Assembly: GCA_015680685.1 (NCBI GenBank) | Contig: MNCI01001841.1 | Location: forward strand, 124,373-188,372 | DNA: 64,000 bases | Direction: 5' to 3' | Origin: Gnetum montanum | Lineage: Eukaryota > Plantae > Gnetophyta | In this document: one piece after another, positions 52,000 through 64,000 of the stretch | Layout of the letters: each line of letters starts with the position of its first letter | Position numbering within the stretch: the first letter of the stretch is position 1 | Notes under the pieces: generated by a model | Seen by the model: the letters and a program-made list of their open reading frames with translations, nothing else | The model's database searches: none | Told to the model about the DNA's origin: nothing | Position numbers and translations under genes: made by a program

Positions 52000-54300
52000 T
52001 GTAGAGATTACAGAGGTATCTCACATCACATAGGTGGTGTAGTTGAAAAAGGAGTGGAGGTGTGAGATGCAGTGTTACTATGGATAATGAGGAGTGAAAG
52101 TAGAAGAAGATTTAATTCATGGAGTAGTAGGTTTGTGATATTCTGGAGGATAGTAGTGATGAAAAAAAAACTGTGGTGGAGACATAGGCTACTAGACATA
52201 GTATCCATATGGATCAAGCTAGTGGTAAGGATACTGTTGCCTTGGTGCTGGCATCCACCATGACTATGGGTTTTGGCATTCCTGATAATAGCCTTGAGGT
52301 TGAAGCAACATTCCATTTGGATAATATTATTACTGGTGGAACTATTGCTAATAGTTTCCTTGTGGATAAGGTAATCTCTTGGGTGGTTTCCTCCTAGCAA
52401 GCTTTGGATTCAAGGCATAGACCCCAAATTGCTACAAGTGTGATAGTATTAGGCAACGTCCCTTAGTATGTTCATACTACTAGATGTCACACCCTTCATC
52501 ACCTATATCAAAATTTTCAACCTCATCAACTATTACAACCTTACCTTTTTGTTGATGGTAGTTCTTTACAACATTCTTTCTCCTTATTCTCTTTTTATCT
52601 TTATTTTCCTATGTTTTTTCCTCCATGATTTTAAAAATAATTTGGAATTTCTCATCTAAGGAGTGCCATATTTTATCCACCTTAGCTAATATTTCTAGTG
52701 AATTGAAAATTTTTTTCTTTGCACAACCTCCTTGAGTGGTGCTTCCTCCTCAGGATCATAGAGTTGTGTCCCCTTTTTGCAAATGGAGGAATCTTTGTTA
52801 TATTCCTCTATACTTTCTCTCTTTTTCAGCTTCTCTTATTTTTTATTCCTTGATTAGTAAGCCTTTGTATTCTATGGGCTCTCATTTTTGATAATCTTCC
52901 TTGGCATAAACCCCAAGAGTCTCTCTAGTTTTATTCTTGAGTCCATTTATCACATGGTGAAATTGCTCCCTTTAAAGAAACTTTGATCTAGGCATCAATA
53001 TAACAAAGAATAGTACCTTTCGAAGGTTACATTAAGGGATCCATGATTACCTTATTTCCACCCTTGAATCTATTTTCTCAAGTTGAAAACTCTAGAGTAT
53101 GTTTTATATTTGTCATTGAATAGCTCAAACATTGTACTCCATCTACAAATAGATTCTAGTTCCAAGGACTAATACTAACTTTTAGCTTCTTTTATAAGTG
53201 TCCTAAAGAATAGTTTAAGCTTCTACCAATTATTCTCAATGTTTTGTAAGGCACAAGAATCATGGAAGGCTTGCAAGTAATGTTTCATATCAATATTATA
53301 ACATTCCTCAAACTTAGGAATGCTATTCATATCAAGCCATTTGATCTAGCTATCCCTCTACTACTTGGTGGGAATATAAATTTCCTCTAAGACATTTATC
53401 ATGCTTCTAGTAGCAAGTAGTGGTTCATCATAATCATTCTATTCATGATGAATCCTATCATGACCATGTCTCTTATGATGTGATCTACTATGCCTTCTCT
53501 CTTGATGATGTTCCTTCTTTTCTCATTGTCATCTATGTTCCCTTCTTCCATCTCTGTGAGGGGGATTTTTATCATCTCCACCTTGGTCTTAATCATTGCT
53601 TCTTCAACCTTATTCATGTTCTTCCTTGTTAGAGATTAATGATGAGGAGGATGGTGATGATAGATAGCTAAGAGAGTTATGTTATCTTTCTCTCTGTCTA
53701 TAGTCCCTTGATTATTCGTTTAGTGTATGGCTAGGAGACCTTGGCCTTAATATTTTCTTGATTCTAGGACCAATTCCCCCCTTACCTTGTTTCTTGACAA
53801 GGTTGAACATAAGCATTGATGAGTTGTATTATTTTCACCAAAGGGAGAAGGACCTTAGTGCTAAGACCACCTGGATGGAAGTTCAGTGTCCTCCTTTTCT
53901 AATTGTAAGTTTAGTGTGATAGGAACCTTCTTGTCCTTGGAGGCTTCATGATGGACCTCCATGAATTTATCTTTTCTAACTTCAACTTGTTTGAGTTGAT
54001 AGTCTCTAAACAGGTTTTCTATCACGTGGTATTCTAGGGCTATTAGTTCAAATCTCAGCTTCAGTAGTACTACCATGAACAATGAGGGAATAGCACAATC
54101 AAGTGGCAACACAACATATTTTTCCAAGTTTCTCCAATGTATTTACTTCTCCTGATGACTGATGAAAGTGAAATCTAAATAATAAGGATCTAGATGGACA
54201 TAGAAAACGTTTAGTTAATAAGTTTTCTCATCAGTATTTCTCATGGTCCTATCATGTTATTTATTAAGATCATCAACAAGTAAAGAATCAGCCTTGTGAG
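52000..54300 (-). pseudogene. gag: Gag remnant of element B
   Basis: LQAFHDSCALQNIENNW*KLKLF (~53150-53340) is homologous to the gag of A; boundaries approximate. Confidence 0.65.
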
Positions 54301-54451
54301 AAGCAAACATTTTTAGTTTGTTCTTTTTGTAGTGTGCCTTGAATTAAAATTAAATATTATTATTTCTAAGGATGATATGCTATGTATTCCTCTAATGATA
54401 TTTGTAAGATTTAACTATCTAAAATACTTGACACATAATAGCTAAAAATTG

Positions 54452-54469
54452 TCCCCATCAACGGTGCTA
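54452..54469 (-). promoter_or_regulatory. Degenerate primer-binding site of B
   Basis: TAGCACCGTTGATGGGGA versus the Athila-type TGGCGCCGTTGCCGGGGA, adjacent to the LTR. Confidence 0.7.
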
Positions 54470-54470
54470 A

Positions 54471-55337
54471 TGATGAGTGACAAGTAGTTCCAACACCCAA
54501 CTATACAAATCACAAGCATATATGCATGATCTGGTTGAATTTTGTGAACCCTTTTACCTAAGTGGACTTTATCTTAGATAATCAAACATTAGGTTATTGA
54601 TTTTTGTCTTCCCAATCATCACTTGTGTTAATTTGGTTCATATGGCTAAGTGTGATTGAGGTGTAAGATATTTGTATTTATAATTTTATTATTTTTATCT
54701 TTGAAAATATTAAGAGATGAAGTAATTGAAATATTAAAATTTAACTAATTAATGGAACTAAAGGTAAGCTAAACAATCCTAAATGTAGATCATTTGTTCC
54801 CACTTTTCGTACATATCATAAACTTATACTAATGCCACTAGCTTACTAAGTATTTACTGCTAGGAATACCAAGTATTCACCATTGGGTTACTAAGCATTA
54901 GCATATTATGTTCGAAGTAGTCATACTCATGTTACTATGGAATAAAATATTAAATTCTTAAGTATAGAAAAGTAAAGTATTTGTAAGTAGACTGAATGCT
55001 AGTCCAAGCGCTACAGTGGAGGAAAAAAATATCGATTTTATTTCCATCATCCAAAAGTGTTTAGGTACATCTTATATTCGAATAAAACTTTGTACAATCA
55101 ATTCAATCCATGCTTCAATCACTCAAAGGAAAATTTTGCTAAGTCTTATAGAAGAAATTTATAAGAGCTTCACTAGAGGAATGATCAAAGGTACCATAAA
55201 TGCGGCTAGTGTGCACATTTATATAGGCTTAGGGAGTATCAATATCAATGCATATGTGCCAATGCATCCAAGGATGCGTCGATGGGGATGCATCAACAAG
55301 CATGTGTCAACACGATTGACTTATTTAGACTTTATCA
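54471..55337 (-). repeat. 5' LTR of element B
   Basis: TGATGAG...TTATCA termini; homologous to 42439-43290. Confidence 0.9.
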
Positions 55338-56534
55338 AAAAGTAAATCCTAATTTAATCTAATGATGAATGTCTATTCCACAACTTTCTATCACATTCTT
55401 ATATGTTTACACTAATCGCTAGGATTACCAAGCTAATACACTCCTAGACATCCCAAGTATCTAACCACTACAATTACTAAGTTAATGCAAACTTAATGCT
55501 TAAGATACTATTATGCACATTCTGCCATGGAATTAATATGTAAAAAATTGTAAATGCTATGTTAGGAAAATAGTAAGTAAAGATAGAAAAATAAATACAA
55601 GAAAGTAAATCTAATATAAGTTAAAGTACTAAAATGTAAATAAATTAGTCTTGGTGTTTATTATTATTCATGGGTATGTATAGGCATAGCCACTCAAATA
55701 AAGACTTCAAATAACTAACCCAAAAAATCATTGTGGATACTTGCTAATTTCTATAATTTGAAAAATAAAATTGATAGTTTCCCTACTTCTAACTAAATGG
55801 TATCATAAATGCAATTGGTGAGCATGTATTTACAAGCAAGGACTAATTGGAAGGCATTGTAACTAAAATATCACATCATAGGCTATGATGTTTCATTTAT
55901 AATATCACATAATAGGATGCAACCTCACTTCTATAACATAGACTATAATAATGTTTCTAAGATGTAGCTAGTGGATGTGTATTTATGTGTAGGGACTGAC
56001 TAGGAGATGTTTCATTTGCAACATTACATCATAGGCTATGACTTCATAGTTATGATGTCATATATGTGACTACAACATCACAACTATTTTACTCTGATGT
56101 TTTATTATTCATCATTAACCATATGAAGCAAACATCATTACAAGTATAACTAGAAAGATAGCAATCTACAATCACCTAAGTAGGCTAGACAACTCTTCTA
56201 TTCTATCCATGGATTAAGATACCTTCTATCACAAAGATTATAGATTATATGGCTGGGTATTAGACATACTTATTATCATAAAGGAATGTATTCATTTTGC
56301 TACACTTGATCTAACATTTTTTTAGGCAAGAAAACTTCAGGCTAGTAGCATAACCCCCACTCACACAGATTCAGAAGGGTAGATGTGAACCACAAATGAA
56401 AAGGGTGCTAGCACAAGGCTACTCCACTGTTGCCACACCTAGAAGTGTAGGCAAAAATTAAACCCACAACCTCTTAACCGAGAGATGAGTATCTTGACCA
56501 CTTACCCTATACCACAAGGTGCCACTTGGTCTAA

Positions 56535-57050
56535 CTTGGAAAATTTACACATTCTACTACTACATTTAGATAGTGCATTTATTCTTTTACATTTAGTTTG
56601 ACTTTGAAAATTTTAACATTCTACTACTACATTTATATAGGGTAGTTATTCTGCAACATTTATTCTATCTCTAAGAAATTTCAAATGATAATGCCAAAGT
56701 TATTCATTCTGCTATGTTTAACCTAAAAAAACCTTTTCTATCTTATTCTTTTATCTTTGAAAATTTCAAATGTTAATGTCAAAGGTGTTTATTTTGCTAC
56801 ATTGGCATTCATTATACTACTTTGGTATTCATCATACTACATTTAAGTCATTTTAGAAGTTTGGGAAAGGTATTTATTTTGCTACATTTTTACTTATAGA
56901 CCTTCTCTATTCTAATTCTTTTATCTTCACAAATTTCAAATGGTAATGTCAAAGAAATTCTTTATATGGAATTGCTATTCATTATAATACATTTATAGCT
57001 TTTTTATTTTAATCTTCTAGCTTTGAAAATTTAAAATGATAATGCTAGAG
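56535..57050. repeat. Degenerate AT-rich tandem repeat
   Basis: Recurrent units ATTCTRCTACATTT and TTGAAAATTTCAAATGRTAATGYCAAAG. Confidence 0.55.
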
Positions 57051-59689
57051 GTCAATGATTTTTGATAAGATATTTAAATACTGTTGCAATGATTAAAACA
57101 TGGTATGGTTAGCCAAGTTAACTCATCCATTTAAACTTATTTATAGAAAAAATAAAAAGTAACCAAATTAAATTAGAAATACAACTTACAAAGAAACAAC
57201 TGAAAGAGAACCTACACCAAGTTACCATAAGAGAACAATCTTAGTCATGAAGAATTCCTCAACTTCTCTTTGCTTTCCCTATTTTGCAACCCTCTATCTA
57301 GTACTACTGCATCTCTATTGTTAAAGACTTTAATCCTCATTTGTACTACTAAGGTAAAGCATGCCAAAGAAATCCTTCATGAAATTAACTACCCTAATAA
57401 AGATCTTCATCAATTATGCCTAGTTTTTTTTATGTAGTCATCTAGATCTATCATTTTCAAAGTTATTTTTCTAAGTGGAATCAAACTTTTTTGAAGTTTA
57501 TTAGTAATTCCCAAAGGTATTTATTGTGGAATATTTGGCCTAACTATGAAATACTTATTTAGCATAATCAACTTACATAAGTTTTGACATGTCTCCTAAT
57601 GACTCTTTGAAACACTAACAAGTAGAGTTCACAAATTTATTGTATATTTCTAGTACTAACAACATCACAACTATTATCAATGAATCTAAGCATTTCCAAT
57701 AATGTGTTTTATTTTGTAGACAAGCCTGTGTGAAAATTAGCAAGAACCTACATGAAAATTGGATCACACTCTATGAGATTAACATGTGGATGTTTAGGCT
57801 AATAGATGTATGAGCATCTTCTTGTAAGAAAATGTCATTGAATCTCATAGTGTAAATTTGCCAGTGATTTTACACATTAGCCTATTTTAAATGTAAAATA
57901 CTTTCAAAAATTTTAAAGGAAAGTTTTAGAAAATTTGAAAAATATTCTAATTTCTATGACAATGACACGTAAGATTTTTTTCAAAATGTGATTGATTAAC
58001 ACTAGACATCTATTAGCTTATATATTATCAAATAGGAAAAGAATAACATGAAATCATCAATTGGATTTTCTTTGTGAGAAGTGCAACTAGTGGCTTTAGA
58101 CTTTATGCATCTAGGTTATTCTTTTAAGATTCTTTTTGTTAGTCTTGTTAAGAAAGGTTTCTATTCATTTACCTACTTTTCCTAAACAATGAGTTGATTA
58201 TAGAAAGTTTAATAGAGCATATAAAACGTAGTATGTTAATCCAAGCATTTTTTTTAACTCATTGTATGGAGTTATTGCAACGTTAGTATTTCATGATCTA
58301 TGCATGGATAGGAATAGTAGAGCCAAATTAAGCATGATGAGGATAATGTCCTAACTCCTTTTGCTAGTCTTATATACACTAGTGAACTTTTAATATAATT
58401 AAAATCTTGGTATGCACAATTTTCTAAGGTAAGTGTTGTAAATTTTTTTATCATAGGCCATTACAGTTTTTATGTACCTATTAAAAAATGATCACTATGA
58501 TGAAGGCAAAATTGATGCTATGAAAGAGACAAATGTCATGTGAACAAAGAATAGCTAAGAAAACCTCTTTACCTATTAAGTTAATTTTCACAAAATCTAA
58601 AGTAAACTTGAAACTATGAAGGAAATTTATGCCTTACCACCTAGTATCTAACAAATAATTGTAAGGAAGCCCTAGTCTATTTTCACAAATTATTGAGTAG
58701 AATGGCCAAAAATACAAAAGATAAAATATTAAAATCATAAAGATTGAACTTCTCCTATGGGTACAAGTCTATTTTTTGACCTTCCCCTACTTAAGTGCAT
58801 TCTCAAAAATTCTAAAGTAGAATGGCCAAAAACCTTTGACCCTACACCTCATGATACTAGCTATTCTAGTTTTTCTTACACTTCATGTAGTCACTAGCCA
58901 TAAAAAAAAATCAAATCTAAATAATGCTTCCATAAAAGCCACCCCTTAGGCTACTCACCCATCAACTATCCCATGACCCTAACCCTGACCCTTCCATTAT
59001 CATCATCTTTCTCTCGATTAGCCATCTTAAGTCCATAATAAACCCTACATCCTTATGACCCTTGAAGGATCATCACCTAAGCATTGCCACATGAACTCAC
59101 ACAATAAGCAAATTTGAAATTCTAATGGATTTCTCTTTTAGATTTGATAGATTTTTTGATCCCACCAAAACTTTTCTAGATCTTACCTTTCCTAAGGATC
59201 ATGAAGACATCATATTACAATCACTATTATATGATGTACCTACGTGTAATCAATACCATGACCTTCAGTTCATTAACATGTGAAAATGTAACATGTTAAA
59301 AATAATTGGTTTCTCTTGGTCTTCCCCCACCAATCACTTACAACAATGATGACATCTAAGCTCCATAGATGCTCCTCAATCAATGATCAATGCCTGTTGA
59401 TGTAGAAATTTAGGCTGCAAAGTGCACAATGCCCAAAGGTACATGACTTTGCAAGGTTGTTTCCTAGGGCACTTTACTTATGGGAATAGCTAGTCAAGGA
59501 ATAGTCTTGGTGGAAGAGGAACATGAATTATAATTTAAAAGAACATTATATTTTAAAATATTTAAATACTTGAAAGCAAGAATATTGTAAGTAAAACAAT
59601 TCACATACATTAAAATGATAGGTAATGTCAAATTACATCAACTTGAACACAAACATTGAAAACATTAAACATAAACATTAGAAAGCATC

Positions 59690-61163
59690 AAAGGGGAAAA
59701 GTGAGGATTTAGTAGATTATTTTTGGATCCATCTACTTCTGTGATGGAAAGAAAGTTGATTCTTCATGTCTTCCTAAAGGTACTCATGGTAGCATTGGAT
59801 AGCCCAAGTTAGCTACTCAATTCAATCCTTGAGCTCCCAAACCTTAATGATCGTTGCCTCCTTTCCAGCTAGGATGTTACTCCTATCCTTTTCCTAGTCT
59901 TTCTCATGCTAGAACTCAAGGGTAAACCTTTCCAACCTCTTACACAATCTCTCCTCAATGACTTACTATTCTAGCCAATTTTAGAAAGCAACAAGAGGTG
60001 GACTAAAGATATGATGGGATAACGAGGTGTAGGATGGATAATATGGCAAAGATGGTACCAAACAAGGGAAGGGAGGAAGAGGCCCTTTTTTCCTTACTAG
60101 CTGATGCTTTCCTTTGTAACCAAGAAGTCCTTTATAAGGCTTTCTCCTTCTTCTATTGCCTTTATTCCTATTTGAAGGGGAAGAGGAACTAGCCATGTGT
60201 CCTCCCACTTCACCATCTCCTTTACTAAGTGTGGTGAAGCGAAGATCCTCTAGATTTCTATGGTAGTTTAAATCTTCTTGTTCTTTTCCATGCTTACCAC
60301 TTATTTAAGTAAAAATAAATAAAATCAAAGTATTTATAAATAAAATCATATATTTCAATTAAGGAGGAAAGCATTTTTTTAATTTTTATTATTATTTAAG
60401 ATTTCTAAATTGGTCCACCAAACAAAGTATGACCAAAATTAACCTTCCATTGAACTCACCCCAAGGTAATCCAAATCCCATACCAAAGATTTATGTATCA
60501 AATAAATTCATGGTTTTCTTCCTTGAATCTAAAAGAGTCCATGAATGATGGAAGAAGTATGGGACACATGCAAATTTAAATTCGAGATGAGTGTACTATG
60601 AATTAAAAATGTATTATTGTTTGTTGTAAACAAAGAAGAAAATGGAACATTTGTGAACCTAGTATCTGGAAGGTTGTTCAATTATTATTGTTTTCATCTA
60701 AATTTTGTAGAACAATGCAATTAGAAAGCTCTAGTACATGCTCAACTAGTGAATTTTTTGAGAGATATAGATATGTTAAGCTACTGAGGTTTCCCAAACA
60801 CTAAGGGATTATACCATATAACCTTTACCTTGAAAGGTGTAAATGTGATATTCTCGTTTAGCTACTACAATCAATACCTAGCCATGGAATGATAAAGCAT
60901 GGATCAAAGATCCAAGACCAAGCAACAAAATTCAACCATAAACTCCCTTTTAATTTGTATAGTGCTTTCATGACTTTTAGTGCTAGCTCTACCCTCATCT
61001 TCACTATGATGAAAGTTTCTTTGTCATGTAATAGGATGATAGATTTTCCATCTAAAGAATGGAATTTAAGATCANTTAATAGGATGATAGATTTTCCATC
61101 TAAAGAATGGAATTTAAGATCATATTTTGATGTATTTCCTTCATGAATTAAGATAGGTAGTGT
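59690..61163 (-). pseudogene. Degenerate transposon accessory ORF remnant (possibly the same domain family as the env-like and antisense ORFs)
   Basis: IVKMRVELALKVMKALYKLK, HLEFKFAC, a basic S/R-rich segment (59981-60208), a charged coiled-coil-like tail and A/T-rich intron-like gaps. Confidence 0.3.
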
Positions 61164-64000
61164 TGATGCCAACATTTCCCATGTTGGGCACAAGGCCATG
61201 ATCAATAACTCTAATCCCTTGACACTAAGCACAAAGAAAATTAATTTGTACAAGCACATAATAGCCCAAGTGGTGTAGAATATGGGTTACATAATAGTCA
61301 GAGAGGTGGTGTAACCAATGATGGTCATGTCAGGAGTTACATGTATTATAGGAGTTATGTTTGTGGTAACTAACAATGATGGAGAACATGATGGGAGTTA
61401 TGTGCAAGTGGTGTTGGGAGTTACGTGCGACAGTGGCATAACCAACAACGTGATAGTCCCAAGTGTTACAAAAGTTGCATAAAAACCCAGGTGGTGGATG
61501 TAATCAATGTAGGATGTGGACATTTAAACACCCAAACAAGAGGCTATAAAAGTGGAGGAGCAAACATTGTAGGGGAAGGGGATGTGGCCTTTTTCTCTCT
61601 AGCACAGTGACATGGTGTTAGATGGCAGGTAGCACTTGTAGCCTCCCCTCTCTCTCTTGCAGCAACAAGGCACACTACAAATGGTTGTTGGGGGAAGCAG
61701 GGGACTCTCAATACCAATGGGGGGCTAAGCAATAGGTAGTGGGTAGATCATCTATCAAGGACTTTCCTCTCCAAAGGAAACTAGTAGACAGTGGTTTCCT
61801 TCTTCTTTTTTCTTTGCACTATAGCAAGTAGCCTTCTCTCTTTCCCTATGTAGGTGTGCACCTAGCAAGTGATGCCAGTAACCTCCTTCCTCCCTCTTGG
61901 TCTATGTGACAAGCAAGTGACCTTCCTAGATGACACGTGGTAGGTAAGTGAGCTCTTGAGGCAGTGGTGGTGGTCACGATAGTGAAAATGCACATGGTGC
62001 AACACGTGACAACAACATCTGCAGTAGGCACGTCTATGATAGACATAGCAAACAACAACAGGCATGCACTCCAAGTGGTGGTGCAAGGGTCTAGCCTCTC
62101 CTCTCTCATGGCACACATGGTAGACAGAACAACATGTGCACTAGGAAAAAAAGGTTGTGAATGACATGTCTACAACATGCAGAGCAGATATTAGTGGCAT
62201 CTCTCTCTCTCTCTCTCTCCTGATGACTATGAGTAGTGTCAGCTGCAAGGACATCTATGGCTATGAGACAACATGAACTAGTGGTAGCAGTAGGAACTAG
62301 GGAAAAGATTGAATTTTCTAGTTACCTACTATATTTTCATGAAGTCTTGAAGTTAAGGATAGTTATCCTATTCAAATTCCTTGATTTTCTAGTTTAGTTA
62401 CCTTTTTTGGGAACATCACATGGCCCTCTCCAGCTAAGACTATTCCTGGGTTTCCATACCCATACAGAAGGTGCCCTAGGTAATAGTCTCCTCAAACAAT
62501 TTTTTCCCAAGTGTTGGTGCATCCAAAATTTATGCATCAATACCTTTTTAGCACTAGAAGAAGGGCCATTTTTCTAGCCTTTGTATCCCATTTTCAAAAA
62601 TATCAATTTTCTTATTCCTGATCCTGTTTTGTTCTTATTTCATAACTATTGTTTCCCTTGAATTTTATTTTCTTGTACTCCCTATTAAAAACCCCTATCT
62701 CCACAATTTATTTTTTTCCTTTTTTGAAAAAATTTGATACTTCCTATTTTCTAAATTCATTGTCATTACTGAAATCCTAAACTTTCTTTTCCCAGTTCTA
62801 ATTTTGATGGTCCTTACCTGAATCTTGACTTTTTCCTCTATTTTCTATCTTCTTTTAAGATTTCTATGGTTATGTTGTTCCTTGCACTTGCATGCAATTT
62901 TTGGTTTGGGGGATAAGGGTTGATGCCAACATTGCCCATGCTAGGCACAGGGCCATGATCAACAAGTCTAATCCCCTAGCACTGAGCACAAAGAAAGTTA
63001 ATTTGTACAAGCACATAATAGCCTGAGTGGTGTAGAATGTGGGTTATGTAACAGCCACATAGGTGGCATAAGTAACAATTTTAGGCAAAGAGTTACATGC
63101 ATTACATGAGTTATGTTGGTGGTAACTGACAGTGATGGAGAACATGGTGAAAGTTATGTGTTGGCAATCTATAGCGTTATGGAAGTTGTGTAATGACCTA
63201 GGTGGTAGGCATAATCGACATAGGATATGGGCATTTAAACACCTAGATGAGTGGCTATAAAAGTAGAGGAGAAAACATTGTGAGGGAAGGGTGGGTGGCC
63301 TCCTTTCTCTCTGGCTTGACGATGTGGTGTCAGATGATAGGTAAGACTTGTAGCCTTCCCTCTCTCTCTTGTAGCAGCAAGATCATCTATCAAGGACTCC
63401 CTTCTCTAGAGGATACTAGTAGGTAGTGGTTTCCTCCTTCTTCTTCTTCTTCTTCTTTTTTGCACTACAACAAGTAGACTTCTCTCTCTTCCTGTGTAGG
63501 CATGTGCATGGTAAGAGATGTTGGTAGCCTCTTTCCTCCCTCCTAGTCCATGTGACAAGTAGGTGACCTCCCTGGATGGTGTGTAATAGGCAAGCGAGAT
63601 GTCAAGGTAGTAGTGGTGATTATGATAGCCACAGCGTGCATGGTGCATCACTTGATGATGGCATCTATGGTAGGCACATCTATGGCAGACAGTAGTAGGT
63701 GACTGCTAACAATAGTAGGCGTGCGCTCCAAGTGGTAGTGTAGGGATCTAGCCTCTCCTCTCAGGCGGCATGCATGGAAGACTAAATGATGTGTGCACTA
63801 GGAAACAGAGGTTGCAAATGATGTGTCTGTAACATGCAGAGTAGACAACAGTGACATCTCTCTCTCTCTCTCTCTTCCTCTCCTAGCAACTACGAGTAGT
63901 GTCAACTATGGTGACATCTGCGGTGATGAGACAGCATGAACTAATGACAGTAGCAAGGACCAAGGAAAAGTTTAAATTTTCTAGTTACCTACTATATTTT
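61164..64000 (+). mobile_element. Probable non-autonomous LTR mini-element: LTR 61164-~62418, ~500-bp non-coding interior, LTR 62921->64000
   Basis: Diverged direct repeats offset by 1757 bp, both starting TGATGCCAAC. Each has GGCTATAAAAG and a (CT)n tract. CATCA at 62414-62418 is followed by TGG, and PPT-like TTTGGGGGATAAGGG precedes the second copy. Confidence 0.6.

Larger units (their letters stand above)
42439..55337 (-). mobile_element. Element B: full-length, heavily degraded Athila-type Ty3/gypsy retrotransposon (~12.9 kb)
   Basis: Two homologous LTRs; TSD GAAAG/AAAAG; degenerate PBS; PPT; gag, PR, RT, RH and INT remnants followed by an env-like ORF. Confidence 0.9.
42204..56114 (-). 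repeat. Old Athila-type solo LTR (42204-42438 plus 55343-56114) split by element B
   Basis: TGATGAG start, CATCA end, flanks TTAAA/TTAAC (4/5 TSD match), patchy similarity to the LTRs of A and B. Confidence 0.6.

Noticed and set aside
56440-56520. Possible tRNA gene or SINE head on the minus strand
   Set aside because: Only weak A-box and B-box resemblance, with no cloverleaf, tail or TSD.
14991-61122. Exact ~40-52-bp direct duplications around single Ns at 15036, 15149, 31246, 44804 and 61075
   Set aside because: Typical unmerged contig-overlap artefacts of short-read scaffolding, not biological repeats.
73-63651. Numerous 60-110-aa ORFs in the track, including hydrophobic F/L/I-rich ones (e.g. 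22449-22646, 48017-48211, 52468-52659) and N-spanning ones (2938-3447)
   Set aside because: Shadow frames of retroelement genes, T-rich introns or spacers, or artefacts of N runs; no independent support.

Overview
This is plant heterochromatin-type DNA from a short-read scaffold. It has N gaps at 3041-3199 and 4197-4216 and several single-N joins with duplicated flanks. No intact host gene is visible; the window is a stack of nested, mutated LTR retrotransposons. From left to right: (A) a pol-less Athila-type Gypsy element (<1-7227, minus strand) keeping gag and an env-like ORF; a degraded Ty1/copia element (7228-~11800, plus); probable chromovirus-type remnants (~11800-14340 and ~39565-41459); two related Tat/Ogre-type Gypsy elements on the minus strand, C (14341-24600) and D (24601-~39565), both with RT-RH-aRH-INT order; an old Athila-type solo LTR split by a full-length degraded Athila element B (42439-55337); and a probable non-coding LTR mini-element (61164->64000). 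The most striking structure is in C and D. Immediately upstream of RT (in D, inside a predicted ~6.8-kb intron between protease and RT), each carries an antisense multi-exon gene. The gene encodes an FCP1/HAD-like phosphatase fold lacking the catalytic aspartates, followed by a plant-transposon-protein-like domain and, in D, a coiled coil. Intron positions and phases are conserved between the two diverged copies. Each element also has its own CpG-centred short motif arrayed both in its LTR and in the promoter and introns of this gene, an arrangement reminiscent of VANC-type sequence-specific anti-silencing systems. All domain calls come from manual translation and motif recognition, not database searches.
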